Source of the DNA: Dehalococcoidia bacterium
Lineage (GTDB): Bacteria > Chloroflexota > Dehalococcoidia > UBA2979
Assembly (NCBI GenBank): GCA_963667465.2
Contig: CAXXDN010000002.1
Location: forward strand, 1,440,001-1,504,000
DNA length: 64,000 nucleotides
Direction: 5' to 3'
In this document: positions 48,182-57,906 of the stretch, piece by piece
Layout: every line of letters starts with the position of its first letter
Position numbering within the stretch: position 1 is the first letter of the stretch
Made by a program: the position numbers and the translations under genes
Notes under the pieces: model-generated
Databases searched by the model: none
What the model saw: only the letters and a program-made list of their open reading frames with translations
Told to the model about the DNA's origin: nothing

Positions 48182-48595
48182 TTACTCGGCCAGCTCCCAC
48201 TCGGGGACCTTCTGGCCTGTGGCATGCGTCTCCTCGAAGGTCACCGTAACCGCGGCCCCGATCTCGACCTCGTCGAGCGGGATGCCGGGGAGGTTGGACA
48301 CCAGCGTGATCTCGGGATCCTCCTCCAGCTCGATCACGGCGAGGTTGAACGGCTGATCCGGGATGCGCAGCGCAACGGTGTTGTCGTAGACCACGCTGTA
48401 GCTGTGGATCCGGCCGCGGCCGCTCAGCTCGCGCCACTCAAGGTCGTCGGCGGAGCCGCAGCCGAAACACTCCGGCTCCGGGGGATGCTGCAGCCTGTCG
48501 CACGAGGTGCAGTTCTGGATCACGAACCGCCCCTCGTTACAGGCGTCCCAGAAGGGCTGGTCGAGTTCGTCCGGTACGGGAGACTGTTTCGGCAT
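48182..48595 (-). CDS. Zn-ribbon/OB-fold (DUF35-type) protein
   Basis: PFWDA, CTSC...CFGC, SGRGRIHSYS, IELEE. Confidence 0.9.
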   Translation of the reverse strand: MPKQSPVPDELDQPFWDACNEGRFVIQNCTSCDRLQHPPEPECFGCGSADDLEWRELSGRGRIHSYSVVYDNTVALRIPDQPFNLAVIELEEDPEITLVSNLPGIPLDEVEIGAAVTVTFEETHATGQKVPEWELAE

Positions 48596-48681
48596 CCTCG
48601 CTCCTCGCGCTGCGGTGAGTTGCTGAGTGATCTCTAGAGTCCATCGCGACAGGGGTCAACTGCACAGCGCCGCGGATATTG

Positions 48682-48710
48682 TTGCGTTAGTCACCTGACT
48701 ATGTGAACAT
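48682..48710 (+). promoter_or_regulatory. Candidate promoter TTGCGT-N17-GAACAT with operator TAGTCA-CC-TGACTA
   Basis: Perfect 6-2-6 inverted repeat at 48688-48701 in the spacer; ATG 7 nt after the -10. Confidence 0.5.
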
Positions 48711-48717
48711 TTCGCCC

Positions 48718-49953
48718 ATGACCGCTCTCCCCGCCACTGTGCGCACGCTCGATCGCTCGACCGCTGGAGGTCTGCTCGCCCTCGTGGGGCTCGCGATCGT
48801 GTACGTGCTCGCACTGCGCACGGACGCGGCCTGGCCCGTGTTCTGGATCTCCGGCGTCGCCTTCGGCGCGATCTGCCAGCGCAGCCGCTTCTGCTTCGTC
48901 GCCGGCTTCCGCGACCTCTTCCTCATGCGCCAGGGCCGGATGCTGCGAGGCATCATCGCCGGCCTCGCCGTCGGCACCGCCGGCTTCGCGATGATCATGG
49001 CCACCGTCGTCCCAAACCCCGGATCGGGTGTGCTGCCGGCCGACGCGCACATCCTGCCGCTCGGCATCGCGACCGTGCTCGGCGGGCTGCTCTTCGGCTT
49101 CGGCATGGTGCTCTCCGGCGGCTGCGTCAGCGGCTCGCTCTACCGCATGGGCGAGGGCTACATCGGCTCCTGGGTCGCGATCGGCGGCGTGCTGATCGGG
49201 CTCTACGCGATGGCCCGCACCTGGAACTGGTGGTGGGACAATCAGATCAGCAGCGACCGCATCTCCTGGCTCCCCACCGACCTCAGCTACACCGGCGCGA
49301 TCGTGATCACCTTCGCGCTACTTGGCCTCGCCTTTTTCGCCGTCTCGTGGTGGGAGCGGCGCGGCTACTCCGGTGTGTCCTTCACGATCCCGATCAGCAG
49401 CGCGGCAGCGACCAGCGCCGAGCCGGAGACGACGCTCACCGCCCTCGCCCGGAAGGTCTTCCGAGCCGAGTGGACGCCGCTGATCGGCGGCGTCGCGCTG
49501 GCGGCGGTCAACATCCTGATCTTCATCCGCTACCGCCCGCTCGGCGTCGTCGGCGAGCTGTCGAGGTGGTCCACGGACTTCGCCGCCAACATCGGCGCCG
49601 GGGTCGGCGAACTGAAGGGCATCAGCGACATCCCCGGCTGCGTTCCGCGCTTCGTCGAGGGCACGTGGTTCAGCGACGCGTTCATGCTCAACGCGGGGAT
49701 CATCGCCGGGGCGTTCACGGCGGCGCTGCTGGCTCGAGAGTTCCGGCTGCGCGTGCCGCGCGGGCCGCGTCGCTACGTGCAGTCGCTCGCGGGCGGGGTG
49801 GTGATGGGCTACGGCGCGGGGCTCGGGCTCGGCTGCACCCTCGGCGCCTTCTTCTCGGCGATCCCCTCGCTCGCACTCAACGGCTGGGTCTACGCCATCG
49901 CGCTCGTCGTCGGCGCCTACGCGGGCACCGCGTTCATCCGGCGGTTCCCGTGA
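48718..49953 (+). CDS. yeeE: YeeE/YedE family sulfur-compound (thiosulfate) transporter
   Basis: QRSRFCF, GMVLSGGCVSGSLYRMGEG, GLGCTLG. Confidence 0.9.
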   Translation: MTALPATVRTLDRSTAGGLLALVGLAIVYVLALRTDAAWPVFWISGVAFGAICQRSRFCFVAGFRDLFLMRQGRMLRGIIAGLAVGTAGFAMIMATVVPNPGSGVLPADAHILPLGIATVLGGLLFGFGMVLSGGCVSGSLYRMGEGYIGSWVAIGGVLIGLYAMARTWNWWWDNQISSDRISWLPTDLSYTGAIVITFALLGLAFFAVSWWERRGYSGVSFTIPISSAAATSAEPETTLTALARKVFRAEWTPLIGGVALAAVNILIFIRYRPLGVVGELSRWSTDFAANIGAGVGELKGISDIPGCVPRFVEGTWFSDAFMLNAGIIAGAFTAALLAREFRLRVPRGPRRYVQSLAGGVVMGYGAGLGLGCTLGAFFSAIPSLALNGWVYAIALVVGAYAGTAFIRRFP

Positions 49954-50231
49954 GCGGCGCGGCTCCCGAGGTGTTGGACCTGCGCGGCCGCCCGCCCGCC
50001 GAGCAGCTGCAGAGCGCGCACGCCGCCGTCGAGCGCGCCGCCGGGGGCGCGGCGCTACGGATCGTCACGAACCTCGACGTCGTCGCCACGTACGTGCTGC
50101 CGGCGGCTGCCGAGCGCGGCGTGCGCTGCCGCGTCGAGCCGCCCTCGGACGGCGCACGCGAGTTGAGTCTGTCGCCGGGCAAGCGCGCGGTGGCGACTGC
50201 TGAATCAGGGAACAGCTCCACCAGGGAGTAA
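49950..50231 (+). CDS. Degenerate TusA-like protein lacking the CP cysteine
   Basis: VLDLRGRPPAEQL..., LRIVTN; GTGA overlap with yeeE. Confidence 0.6.
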   Translation: MSGAAPEVLDLRGRPPAEQLQSAHAAVERAAGGAALRIVTNLDVVATYVLPAAAERGVRCRVEPPSDGARELSLSPGKRAVATAESGNSSTRE

Positions 50232-50245
50232 GGGGGGGAGACTCC

Positions 50246-50503
50246 ATGACGAACGAGAACGAGGCGCCGGTGCTGGACGTGCGCGGCGAGATCTGTCCGT
50301 ACCCCATGCTGCGCACCAACCGGGAGCTCGACGACGTGCAGCCCGGCGTGCCGGAGCTGCGGGTCTGGACGGACCACCCGCCCGCGCTCTCGACGATCCC
50401 GCCCGAGGCGATGAAGCGCGGCTACGGCTGCGAGATCAACGAACGACGCCCCGGCGAGTGGGAGATCCACATCTTCAACGCCGAGGCGGCGGCAGCGGGC
50501 TAA
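50246..50503 (+). CDS. tusA: TusA/YeeD family sulfur carrier
   Basis: LDVRGEICPYP, WTDHPPA. Confidence 0.9.
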   Translation: MTNENEAPVLDVRGEICPYPMLRTNRELDDVQPGVPELRVWTDHPPALSTIPPEAMKRGYGCEINERRPGEWEIHIFNAEAAAAG

Positions 50504-50569
50504 CGGCACACGAATCAGGAGGCCGGGCAGAGCGTCCGGTCCACGGATGAGTTGAATGCGAGGAGCACG

Positions 50570-51538
50570 ATGAGACAACAGACCGCAACGAGACGAGGAA
50601 CAAGGCTGTTTGGCCGTACTACCGGCCTGCTCGCGCTGCTGGTGCTGGCAAGCGCGGCGCTGATCGCCGCCTGCGGCGGCGACGACGAGGTGGCGCAGGT
50701 GACCGGCCTCGATGATCGCGGCTATGCCGACACGTCGCGGCTCGTCACCACGCAGTGGATCGAGGACAACCTCGATAGCGACTCGGTGCTGCTGATCGAC
50801 CTGCGCGGCGCGGACGCCTACGCCGAGGGACACATCCCGGGCGCGGTGCAGATCCCGCGCACCGCGCTCCAGGTCGAGATCGACGGCGTAGCGGGCCTGA
50901 TCCCGCCCGCGGCGGACGTGGCCTCCGCGTTCGGTGCAATCGGCGCGACTGCCGACACGACGATCGTCTTCTACGACCAGCGCGGCTCGATCTGGGGCTC
51001 GCGTGGCCTCTGGGTGCTCGCCGTCTACGGGCACGAGGACGTGCGGCTGCTCGACGGTGACTTCCCGCTCTGGGAGTCCGAGGGCCGCGAGATCAGCACC
51101 GCGACGCCGGCCATCACGGCCGCCAGCTACGAGTTCGCCTCCGACCCCAACAACGACATCGTCGTCGGCTGGGACGACATCATCGCCTCGATCGACGACC
51201 CGAGCGTCCTCGTCTGCGACGCACGCTCGGCCGAGGAGTACTCCGGGCGCGACGTGCGCGCCGACCGCGGCGGTCACATCCCGGAGTCGGTGAACGTGGA
51301 GTGGAGCCGTGCGCTCGACGAGAACGGCCGCTTCAAGCCGGCCGCCGAGCTGCGGACGCTCTACGAGGGCGAAGGCGTTGAGGCGGACGGCACGATCTAC
51401 ACGCTGTGCCAGACGGCCGTGCGCGCCACGCACACCTGGTTCGTCCTCAGCGATCTGCTCGGCTACGACGACGTGCGTGTCTACGACGGATCGTGGACCG
51501 AGTACGGCAACCGCGAGGACTCGCCGATCGACTCCTAG
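50570..51538 (+). CDS. Two-domain rhodanese sulfurtransferase, predicted lipoprotein
   Basis: Lipobox LIAA-C, YAEGHIPGA, GGHIP, LCQTAVRA, YDGSWTEY. Confidence 0.9.
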   Translation: MRQQTATRRGTRLFGRTTGLLALLVLASAALIAACGGDDEVAQVTGLDDRGYADTSRLVTTQWIEDNLDSDSVLLIDLRGADAYAEGHIPGAVQIPRTALQVEIDGVAGLIPPAADVASAFGAIGATADTTIVFYDQRGSIWGSRGLWVLAVYGHEDVRLLDGDFPLWESEGREISTATPAITAASYEFASDPNNDIVVGWDDIIASIDDPSVLVCDARSAEEYSGRDVRADRGGHIPESVNVEWSRALDENGRFKPAAELRTLYEGEGVEADGTIYTLCQTAVRATHTWFVLSDLLGYDDVRVYDGSWTEYGNREDSPIDS

Positions 51539-51580
51539 CGAGTCCTGCAGCGGCGGCAGCGCCGCTCCAGACGACCAACG

Positions 51581-51611
51581 CCGAGGCGCCGCGGGATCCG
51601 CGGCGCCTCGG
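51581..51611 (+). terminator. Perfect 14-bp hairpin after the sulfur operon
   Basis: CCGAGGCGCCGCGG-GAT-CCGCGGCGCCTCGG followed by only a weak T-rich tail. Confidence 0.5.
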
Positions 51612-51687
51612 TCATGTTTGCGCCAGGCGGCCGTCAACTTGCTACCCTCGGCGCCCGGAGACCTCGGAACCTCGGAGGGGGTACGCG

Positions 51688-52989
51688 ATGACCTCGGCGA
51701 CAGAGCACGGGACGATCACGGAAGCGGGGCTGGCGGCGATGCGCAGTCGCATCGGCATCCCCAACGAGGCGCGGCGCTACGGCGCGAAGCGCGGCCTGTT
51801 CACGTTGATCAACCAGGACTCGGCGCACATCTTCGCCACCGGCAGCGGCGACGCGAACCCGCTCTACACGGACGCCGCCTACGCCCGCGCCTCGCACTGG
51901 GGCTCCGTCGTCGCACCACCGACGATCCTCTTCAACGCCGGCCTGGTCGAGGGCCGCCCGTTGACCGCACAAGAGCGCGAGGAGGGCCGCGGCGGCGGAC
52001 TGCCCGGCGTCCATGGCATGTTCTCCGGCGCCGACTGGGAGTGGTACCAGCCGCTGCGCGAGGGCGACGAGATCTATCGCGTCGGCTACCTCTCCGACGC
52101 TCAGGAGAAGTCGGGCGTCTTCGCCGGCCGCCAGGTGCTCGCCCTCACCGAGAGCCTCTTCCGCAACCAGCACGGCGAGGTGCTGGCGAAGGAGGTCGAG
52201 TGGTCGATGCGAACCGAGCGCGACGGCGCGCGCGAGCGCAGGAAGTACGAGTGGGAGCAGCACGAGTACAGCGACGAGGAGCTCGAACGCATCGACGAGG
52301 CGTACGCGAACGAGCGCCCGCGCGGCGCTGAGCCGCGCTACTGGGAGGATGTGCAGGTCGGCGACGCCCTCGACAGCATCGTGCGCGGGCCTTACCGCGC
52401 GACGGACGCGGTCGCCTGGGACATCGGCTGGGGCGGCGTCTTCGCGCGCAGCGGCAAGGTGGACTTCGACTACCGCCAGCGGCACCCGCGAGCCTACTCG
52501 AAGAACCGTTACGGCATCCCGGACATCCCGGAGCGCGTCCACTGGGAGAGCGAGTTCGCTCGCGAGGTGGGCGTGCCCGGGCTCTACGACTACGGCCCCC
52601 AGCGCATCGCCTGGGCGAGCACGCTGGTGACGAACTGGATGGGCGACTCCGGCTTCCTCAAGCGGCTCTGGGTGCAGGTGCGCCGCTTCAACGTCGAGGC
52701 CGACGTGCAGTGGTACCGCGGCGAGGTGATCGCCAAGCAGGTCGAGGACGGCGAGCCGCAGGTGATCTGCGACATCTGGGCGGCGAACCAGCGCGGCGAG
52801 GTGACGGCGCCCGGCCAGGCGATCGTGCTGCTGCCTTCACGCGAGCACGGCGAGGTGCGCATCCCGGCGAACGGCCAGCCCTCGTACCCCGGTTGGGACG
52901 CTGAGACGAAGGTGACGCCGGTGGGCCAGGGCCCGCTCCCCCACCACTCGACCACGCACGGCTTCCTGCTGCCCGGCGTGCAGCGCTGA
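51688..52989 (+). CDS. Double hotdog (MaoC-like) acyl dehydratase
   Basis: GDANPLY, VVAPPT, RYWEDVQVGD, VHWE, YDYGPQR, TNWMGD. Confidence 0.82.
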   Translation: MTSATEHGTITEAGLAAMRSRIGIPNEARRYGAKRGLFTLINQDSAHIFATGSGDANPLYTDAAYARASHWGSVVAPPTILFNAGLVEGRPLTAQEREEGRGGGLPGVHGMFSGADWEWYQPLREGDEIYRVGYLSDAQEKSGVFAGRQVLALTESLFRNQHGEVLAKEVEWSMRTERDGARERRKYEWEQHEYSDEELERIDEAYANERPRGAEPRYWEDVQVGDALDSIVRGPYRATDAVAWDIGWGGVFARSGKVDFDYRQRHPRAYSKNRYGIPDIPERVHWESEFAREVGVPGLYDYGPQRIAWASTLVTNWMGDSGFLKRLWVQVRRFNVEADVQWYRGEVIAKQVEDGEPQVICDIWAANQRGEVTAPGQAIVLLPSREHGEVRIPANGQPSYPGWDAETKVTPVGQGPLPHHSTTHGFLLPGVQR

Positions 52990-53067
52990 GGCGTCTCACC
53001 TCGGAGTTCGTTGCGCTTCCCGGCGGGTGAGGCGCCTCGCAGTCGTCAGCACGCTCGCAAGTCGGAT

Positions 53068-53490
53068 GAGCGCGCAGCGCGTGCTCGGCCCACCCACCCG
53101 CCCTCGGAGTTTCCCCGATGTGGGGGCTCCGCCCCCACGCCCGGCCGGAGTTGCAGACCAGGCCCCGGCGGACCCTCGCAAGGCCCCAACGCCGCAGGGT
53201 CGCCAAGGGTTCGGCCCTCGCCGCTCTGGACCAGCCGCCCGGCTCCGGCCGTAGCCTGCGGCGAGATCGCGCGGACATCGAGAGCGTGTCGAGAGTGGCG
53301 GGTCACCTCGCCACCAGCACGCGACTCGCGAAGGTCTCGGATGCGGCCTCCGCAGCCACGCGCCGGACGGGCACTCGGATCAGTGGAGCAGTAGGCCGCT
53401 GGCTCCCAGGCGGGGGCGTGGGGGCACAGCCCCCCACAAGGAAACCTCCGAGGGCGGGTGGGTGGGTGAGCCGCGCGCAGCGCGTGCTCC
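53068..53490. repeat. Two family A copies in inverted orientation around ~270 bp of unique DNA
   Basis: 53068-53142 (reverse) and 53412-53489 (forward). Confidence 0.85.
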
Positions 53491-53512
53491 TGCGACGTCC
53501 GGCCGAGTGCGG

Positions 53513-54706
53513 CTACGCCTGCGCGCCCACCAGCTCCGTGCGGCCAGCGAAGGCCGGCATCACGTCCTCGGCGAAGCGCTGGTACTGCTCGATGATCTCG
53601 TCCGCCGTCACGCCGGAGGGGTGGCCGAGCGTGATGCTCTCGAGGCCGGGGACCTCCTCCTCGAGGGCGTGCAGGCGCTCGATGATCTGCTCGGCGGTGC
53701 CGCACAGCACGCTGCCGTTGGCGACCGAGTCTTCGAGCCGCGGCAGCGTCGTGTCGGCGACCGCCGCCTCCGTGGACTTGAGGTTCTCGATCTGCTCGTC
53801 GTTGAGCGAGCGCAGCAGACGCAGCGGCCCGAACATCTTGATGTTCTCCTGGAAGTAGGGCTGCAGCCGGCGGATCGCCTCCTCCTGGCTGTCGGCGATG
53901 TAGAAGTGGAAGCCGACGCTCAGGTCCTCGCCCAGCTCGGTCTCGCGACCGGCCCGGGCGTGGGCGGCCTGCCAGGCCTCGACGACGGGGAGCATGATGC
54001 CGCTCGCGGCGACGCCGCCGCCGGTCATGCCCTTGAGCCCGTGCTTGACCATGAAGTCCAGCCCGCGCTCCGTCGCCCCCTGGATCGGCTGCCAGCACTC
54101 GACCGGGTGCGTCGGCCGCGGCACCAGCGAGAGCTCCTCGAGCGGGTCGCCCCGGTAATCGACGGGCGGGCTCGGCGGCAGGTCGTAGTGCTTGCCGTGG
54201 TGCGAGAAGCGATCCTCGCGCAGCGCCTTGAGCAGGATCTCCACCTGCTCCTCGAACAGGTCGCGGTTCGCGTCCTGGTCCAGCAGCGGCGCGCCGAAGG
54301 TCTCGACCTCGCGCGTGTGGTAGCCGCGCCCGACGCCCATGATGACGCGCCCGCCGGTGAGGATGTCGGCGACGGCGAAGTCCTCGGCGAGGCGCAGCGG
54401 GTGCCACATCGGCGCGATGTTGAAGCCGCAGCCGAGCTTGACGTTCTCGGTGACGTGGGCGAGATGGACGTAGAGCATCAGCAGGTTCGGCAGGCACTCG
54501 TAGCCCTCGGGCTGGAAGTGGTGCTCGGCCGTCCAGAACGAGTAGTAGCCGAGGTCATCGACCGCCTTCGCGACCTTCTCTGCCTTGTCGTGTGCCCCCG
54601 CGAGCACCTCGTTTGAGTAGTGGCGCTCCATGACCGGCGTGCCGCCGTAGCCGATGTTGTCGAGGTCCACGTGGCCGGTGTAGAGCGTCTCGAACCGCTT
54701 GAGCAT
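53513..54706 (-). CDS. LLM class flavin-dependent oxidoreductase
   Basis: WTAEHHFQPEG, WHPLRLAED, GVGRGYHTRE. Confidence 0.92.
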   Translation of the reverse strand: MLKRFETLYTGHVDLDNIGYGGTPVMERHYSNEVLAGAHDKAEKVAKAVDDLGYYSFWTAEHHFQPEGYECLPNLLMLYVHLAHVTENVKLGCGFNIAPMWHPLRLAEDFAVADILTGGRVIMGVGRGYHTREVETFGAPLLDQDANRDLFEEQVEILLKALREDRFSHHGKHYDLPPSPPVDYRGDPLEELSLVPRPTHPVECWQPIQGATERGLDFMVKHGLKGMTGGGVAASGIMLPVVEAWQAAHARAGRETELGEDLSVGFHFYIADSQEEAIRRLQPYFQENIKMFGPLRLLRSLNDEQIENLKSTEAAVADTTLPRLEDSVANGSVLCGTAEQIIERLHALEEEVPGLESITLGHPSGVTADEIIEQYQRFAEDVMPAFAGRTELVGAQA

Positions 54707-54781
54707 GCCTGCCTCCGTTTCGCCGTCGGGCGGAGTGTAACCGAGGGCGCGTTTATGGCGAGCCGGGTAGCTGTCGCCTGC

Positions 54782-54876
54782 GTGGGGGCTGCGCCCGCAC
54801 AGAAAGAAAATCCGAGGGCGGGTGGACGGGTCCGAGCCGCGCGGAGCGCGTGCTCGTCCGGGATGGAGCGTGGGGG
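54782..54876 (+). repeat. Family A repeat, degenerate copy
   Basis: TCCGAGGGCGGGTGGACGGG...GAGCCGCGCGGAGCGCGTGCTCGTCCGGGATGG. Confidence 0.8.
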
Positions 54877-54948
54877 TCTGCGAGCTATCCTCGCGTCCGA
54901 TCGCAAAGCGCCCACCACAACAGTGACGGGCGAGAGTCCTGTCGCCTG

Positions 54949-55734
54949 CTAGCGGCCCTTGAAGACCGGCTTGCGCTTCTCCGCAAACGCCGCCGCCGCC
55001 TCGGTCGTGTCGTCGAGGGCGAACAGCGAGTGCTGCGCCTGCGGGTAGTCGATCGTGATCTGGTAGGCCGTCGGGCGCGGGCGCGCCATCATCAGCTGGC
55101 GCTTCGTGACCTGCACGTGCACTGGCGGCAGCGCCGCCAGTTCGTGCGCGATGCTCAGCGCCGTCGGCAACACCGCTTCCGAGGGCACCACGTGGTTCGC
55201 GAGGCCGACCTCGTAGGCGCGCTGCGCCGGGAAGCGGTGGCCGCGCAGCATCATCTCGCAGCCGGGCAGCCAGGAGAGTCCGTTCATCATCGGCACCAGC
55301 GCCGAACCGAGAACGCCCGTCGGAACGGACGAGAAGGCGATCGTCGCATCGTTCGCGAGGACAGAGATGTCCGACCCGCAGACCATGTAGAGGCCCGCGC
55401 CCCAGGCGCCGCCCCGCACGGCCGCGATGATCGGCTTCGAGGTGTCCGGCACGAGCTGGAAGCCGAGGATCTTCGCCCGCGAATCGGCGAGCGCGTTGCC
55501 GCGGATGCCGTGCTCGGCCTGTTCCTTGATGTCGCGGCCCGCGCTGAAGACCCGGCCCTCGCCGGTAAGCACGACTGCGCGCACCTGATCGTCGTCGATC
55601 GCCTCCATCCAGGCGCCGCCGAGCTCGTCGCCCATCACCTGGCCGAAGGCGTTGAGGCGCTCCGGCCGGTTCATCGTGATGACAGCGACGTGGCCATCGA
55701 CCTCGTAGCGGACGAACTGTGCCTCGTAAGCCAT
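54949..55734 (-). CDS. Enoyl-CoA hydratase/isomerase family protein
   Basis: TMNRPERLNA, GRVFSAGRD, AFAEKRKPVFKG. Confidence 0.9.
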   Translation of the reverse strand: MAYEAQFVRYEVDGHVAVITMNRPERLNAFGQVMGDELGGAWMEAIDDDQVRAVVLTGEGRVFSAGRDIKEQAEHGIRGNALADSRAKILGFQLVPDTSKPIIAAVRGGAWGAGLYMVCGSDISVLANDATIAFSSVPTGVLGSALVPMMNGLSWLPGCEMMLRGHRFPAQRAYEVGLANHVVPSEAVLPTALSIAHELAALPPVHVQVTKRQLMMARPRPTAYQITIDYPQAQHSLFALDDTTEAAAAFAEKRKPVFKGR

Positions 55735-55768
55735 GACTACCGCTCCCTGCTGATCACGACGCCGCGCG

Positions 55769-56995
55769 CTAGCCGCGAGGCAGGCCGAGGCCGCGCGTGG
55801 CGATGATGTTGCGCTGGATCTCGCTGCTGCCGCCGGCAATCGTGCGCGAGACGTGGCGGACGTAGGCCTTGGCCGGCTCGCCCTCCAGCGGCGCGTGGCC
55901 GCTGCCGTCCCCGCCCCAGAGTTGGCCGTACAGCCCCAGCGCCTTCGCCGTCGTGCGCGACGTGCGCTGGATCGTCTCGAAGACACTCATCTGCAGCATC
56001 GAGGCCTCGTAGTTCGGGACCAGGCCGGCGCCCTGCATCGAGACGACCCGGAACGCGAGGTTGAAGACCACCTCCACCTCGATCGCCCGGTCGGCGATCT
56101 CGTGGCGGATCGTCGCGGACTCGGACGTGCGCGACTTCGCCATGCCCTCCGGCGAGCCGATGAAGGCGACGAGGCGCTCGATCGAGCGCTGCGCGTCCAC
56201 GGTCTGGCGGATCCGCGAGCGCTCGAAGTCGAGCAGCGTCACGCTCACGTACCAGCCGCGGTTTTCCTCGCCGACGAGGTTGCCGGCGGGGACGCTCACG
56301 TTGTCGAAGAAGACCTCGTTGAAGCCGTGCTCGTCGGCCATGTTGATCAGCGGCCGGGTCGAGATACCCGGCGCTGCCATGTCCACCAGCAGGAAGGAGA
56401 TGCCGCGGTGCTTCGCGGCGTCCGGGTCGGTGCGCACGAGCAGCGCGATGTGGTCCGCCGCGTGGGCGCGCGAGGTCCAGATCTTCTGCCCGTTCACGGT
56501 GTACTCGTCGCCGTCGCGGACCGCCCTCGTCTGCAACGAGGCGAGGTCCGAGCCGGCGCCCGGCTCGGAGAAGCCCTGGCACCAGGCGCGCTCCCCGGAG
56601 AGCGTCTTCGAGATGTGCTCGGCCTTCAGCTCCTCCGTGCCGTGGATGATGATCGCCGGGCCGATCTGCGAAATGCCCTGCCCGCCGACCTGCGGCGCCT
56701 CGGCCTTCGCGAGCTCGTGGTTGAGGATGAACTGCTCCACCGAGGTCATCCCGCCGCCGCCGTACTCGACGGGCCAGGCCGGGGCGATCCAGCCGCGATC
56801 GGCGAGCGCGCGCGCCCAGCTCCAGGCGGCATCGCGCACGACCGGGTCCTCGGAGATGCGGTCGATCTGCCACTCCTCGCCGGAGCCGCCGGGCCCACCG
56901 CGGATCTTGCGGTAGTGCTCCGGCAGCGACGTCTCGACGAGTTCGCTCACGGCCGCGCGGAACGCGGCTTGCTCCGGCGTATCAGCCCACTCCAC
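55769..56995 (-). CDS. Acyl-CoA dehydrogenase
   Basis: WCQGFSEPGAGSDLASL, NGQKIWTS, FNEVFFD, TIAGGSSEIQRNII. Confidence 0.94.
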   Translation of the reverse strand: MEWADTPEQAAFRAAVSELVETSLPEHYRKIRGGPGGSGEEWQIDRISEDPVVRDAAWSWARALADRGWIAPAWPVEYGGGGMTSVEQFILNHELAKAEAPQVGGQGISQIGPAIIIHGTEELKAEHISKTLSGERAWCQGFSEPGAGSDLASLQTRAVRDGDEYTVNGQKIWTSRAHAADHIALLVRTDPDAAKHRGISFLLVDMAAPGISTRPLINMADEHGFNEVFFDNVSVPAGNLVGEENRGWYVSVTLLDFERSRIRQTVDAQRSIERLVAFIGSPEGMAKSRTSESATIRHEIADRAIEVEVVFNLAFRVVSMQGAGLVPNYEASMLQMSVFETIQRTSRTTAKALGLYGQLWGGDGSGHAPLEGEPAKAYVRHVSRTIAGGSSEIQRNIIATRGLGLPRG

Positions 56996-57066
56996 GCGCT
57001 ACTCCCTGGCTGCTCCGAGGGCGGGTGCGCCCGCGGCCCGCGCGATGATACCGCGCGCCGCCGGGC

Positions 57067-57750
57067 TCAGGCCTCCTCGGACGGGTAGAACGTCTCCAGC
57101 TCGCGCAGCGCGATCGAGGTGTTCCGGGACTGGTCGATGATCGCGGCGCCACCGGCCATCAGCGAGTCGTACTCGGACTGGTCGAAGCGCGCGGCCCAGG
57201 CCGCCTCATTCTCCCACCACGTTTCGCCGATGTAGTCGGGATCGAGGCCTTCGAACCTGCAGGCGCGCACGCGGTTCGTGGCGAACTTGACCACGCCCGG
57301 CAGCTCCAGCACCTGCGGCGCGTGCTCCTCGTGCCAGTAGCGCTCGAACTCCTCGGGGCTGACGTCCGGACGGCGGTGCAGGATCGACATGCTGCGCACG
57401 GTCGGCGGCGGATCGGCTGCGCCTTCGGGCAGGAACTCCCTGAGCCTGTCGAGGACGATGCCGGTGTTGCGCGGCTGGTCGATGATGTTGTGCCCGCTCT
57501 GCAACGCGCGCTGCCCCTCGGGGATGCTGAAGCCGATCTCGGAGTCCTCGGGCGTGCGCCACCACAGCTCGCCCATCGCGTCGGGCTGAAGGCCCTCGAT
57601 GCGCGACTCGATCACGAGGTTCGTCCCGAAGCGATAGACCGAAGGCACCTTGACGACGAAGCCGGAGTGCGTCTCCAGCCAGTAGCGCTGGAACTCCTCG
57701 GGGCTCACGTCCGGGCGGCGATGCAGGATCGCCAGGTTGCGCGTGTTCAT
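57067..57750 (-). CDS. Tandem EthD-domain protein
   Basis: Two internal repeats beginning ILHRRPDVSPEEF.RYW. Confidence 0.85.
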   Translation of the reverse strand: MNTRNLAILHRRPDVSPEEFQRYWLETHSGFVVKVPSVYRFGTNLVIESRIEGLQPDAMGELWWRTPEDSEIGFSIPEGQRALQSGHNIIDQPRNTGIVLDRLREFLPEGAADPPPTVRSMSILHRRPDVSPEEFERYWHEEHAPQVLELPGVVKFATNRVRACRFEGLDPDYIGETWWENEAAWAARFDQSEYDSLMAGGAAIIDQSRNTSIALRELETFYPSEEA

Positions 57751-57906
57751 GATCCGTCCTCCCGATCGCTACGCGGGACATGGCCAGGCCGCGCACCGAA
57801 CAGTACGCGGATCGAGGCGAACGCGCCCACCCCCGTCGCGCGCTTATGTCCCGCGGTGCTAAGGTGGATCGAGGGGGAATCAGGTGTCCCGAGAAGGGCG
57901 CGAGCC

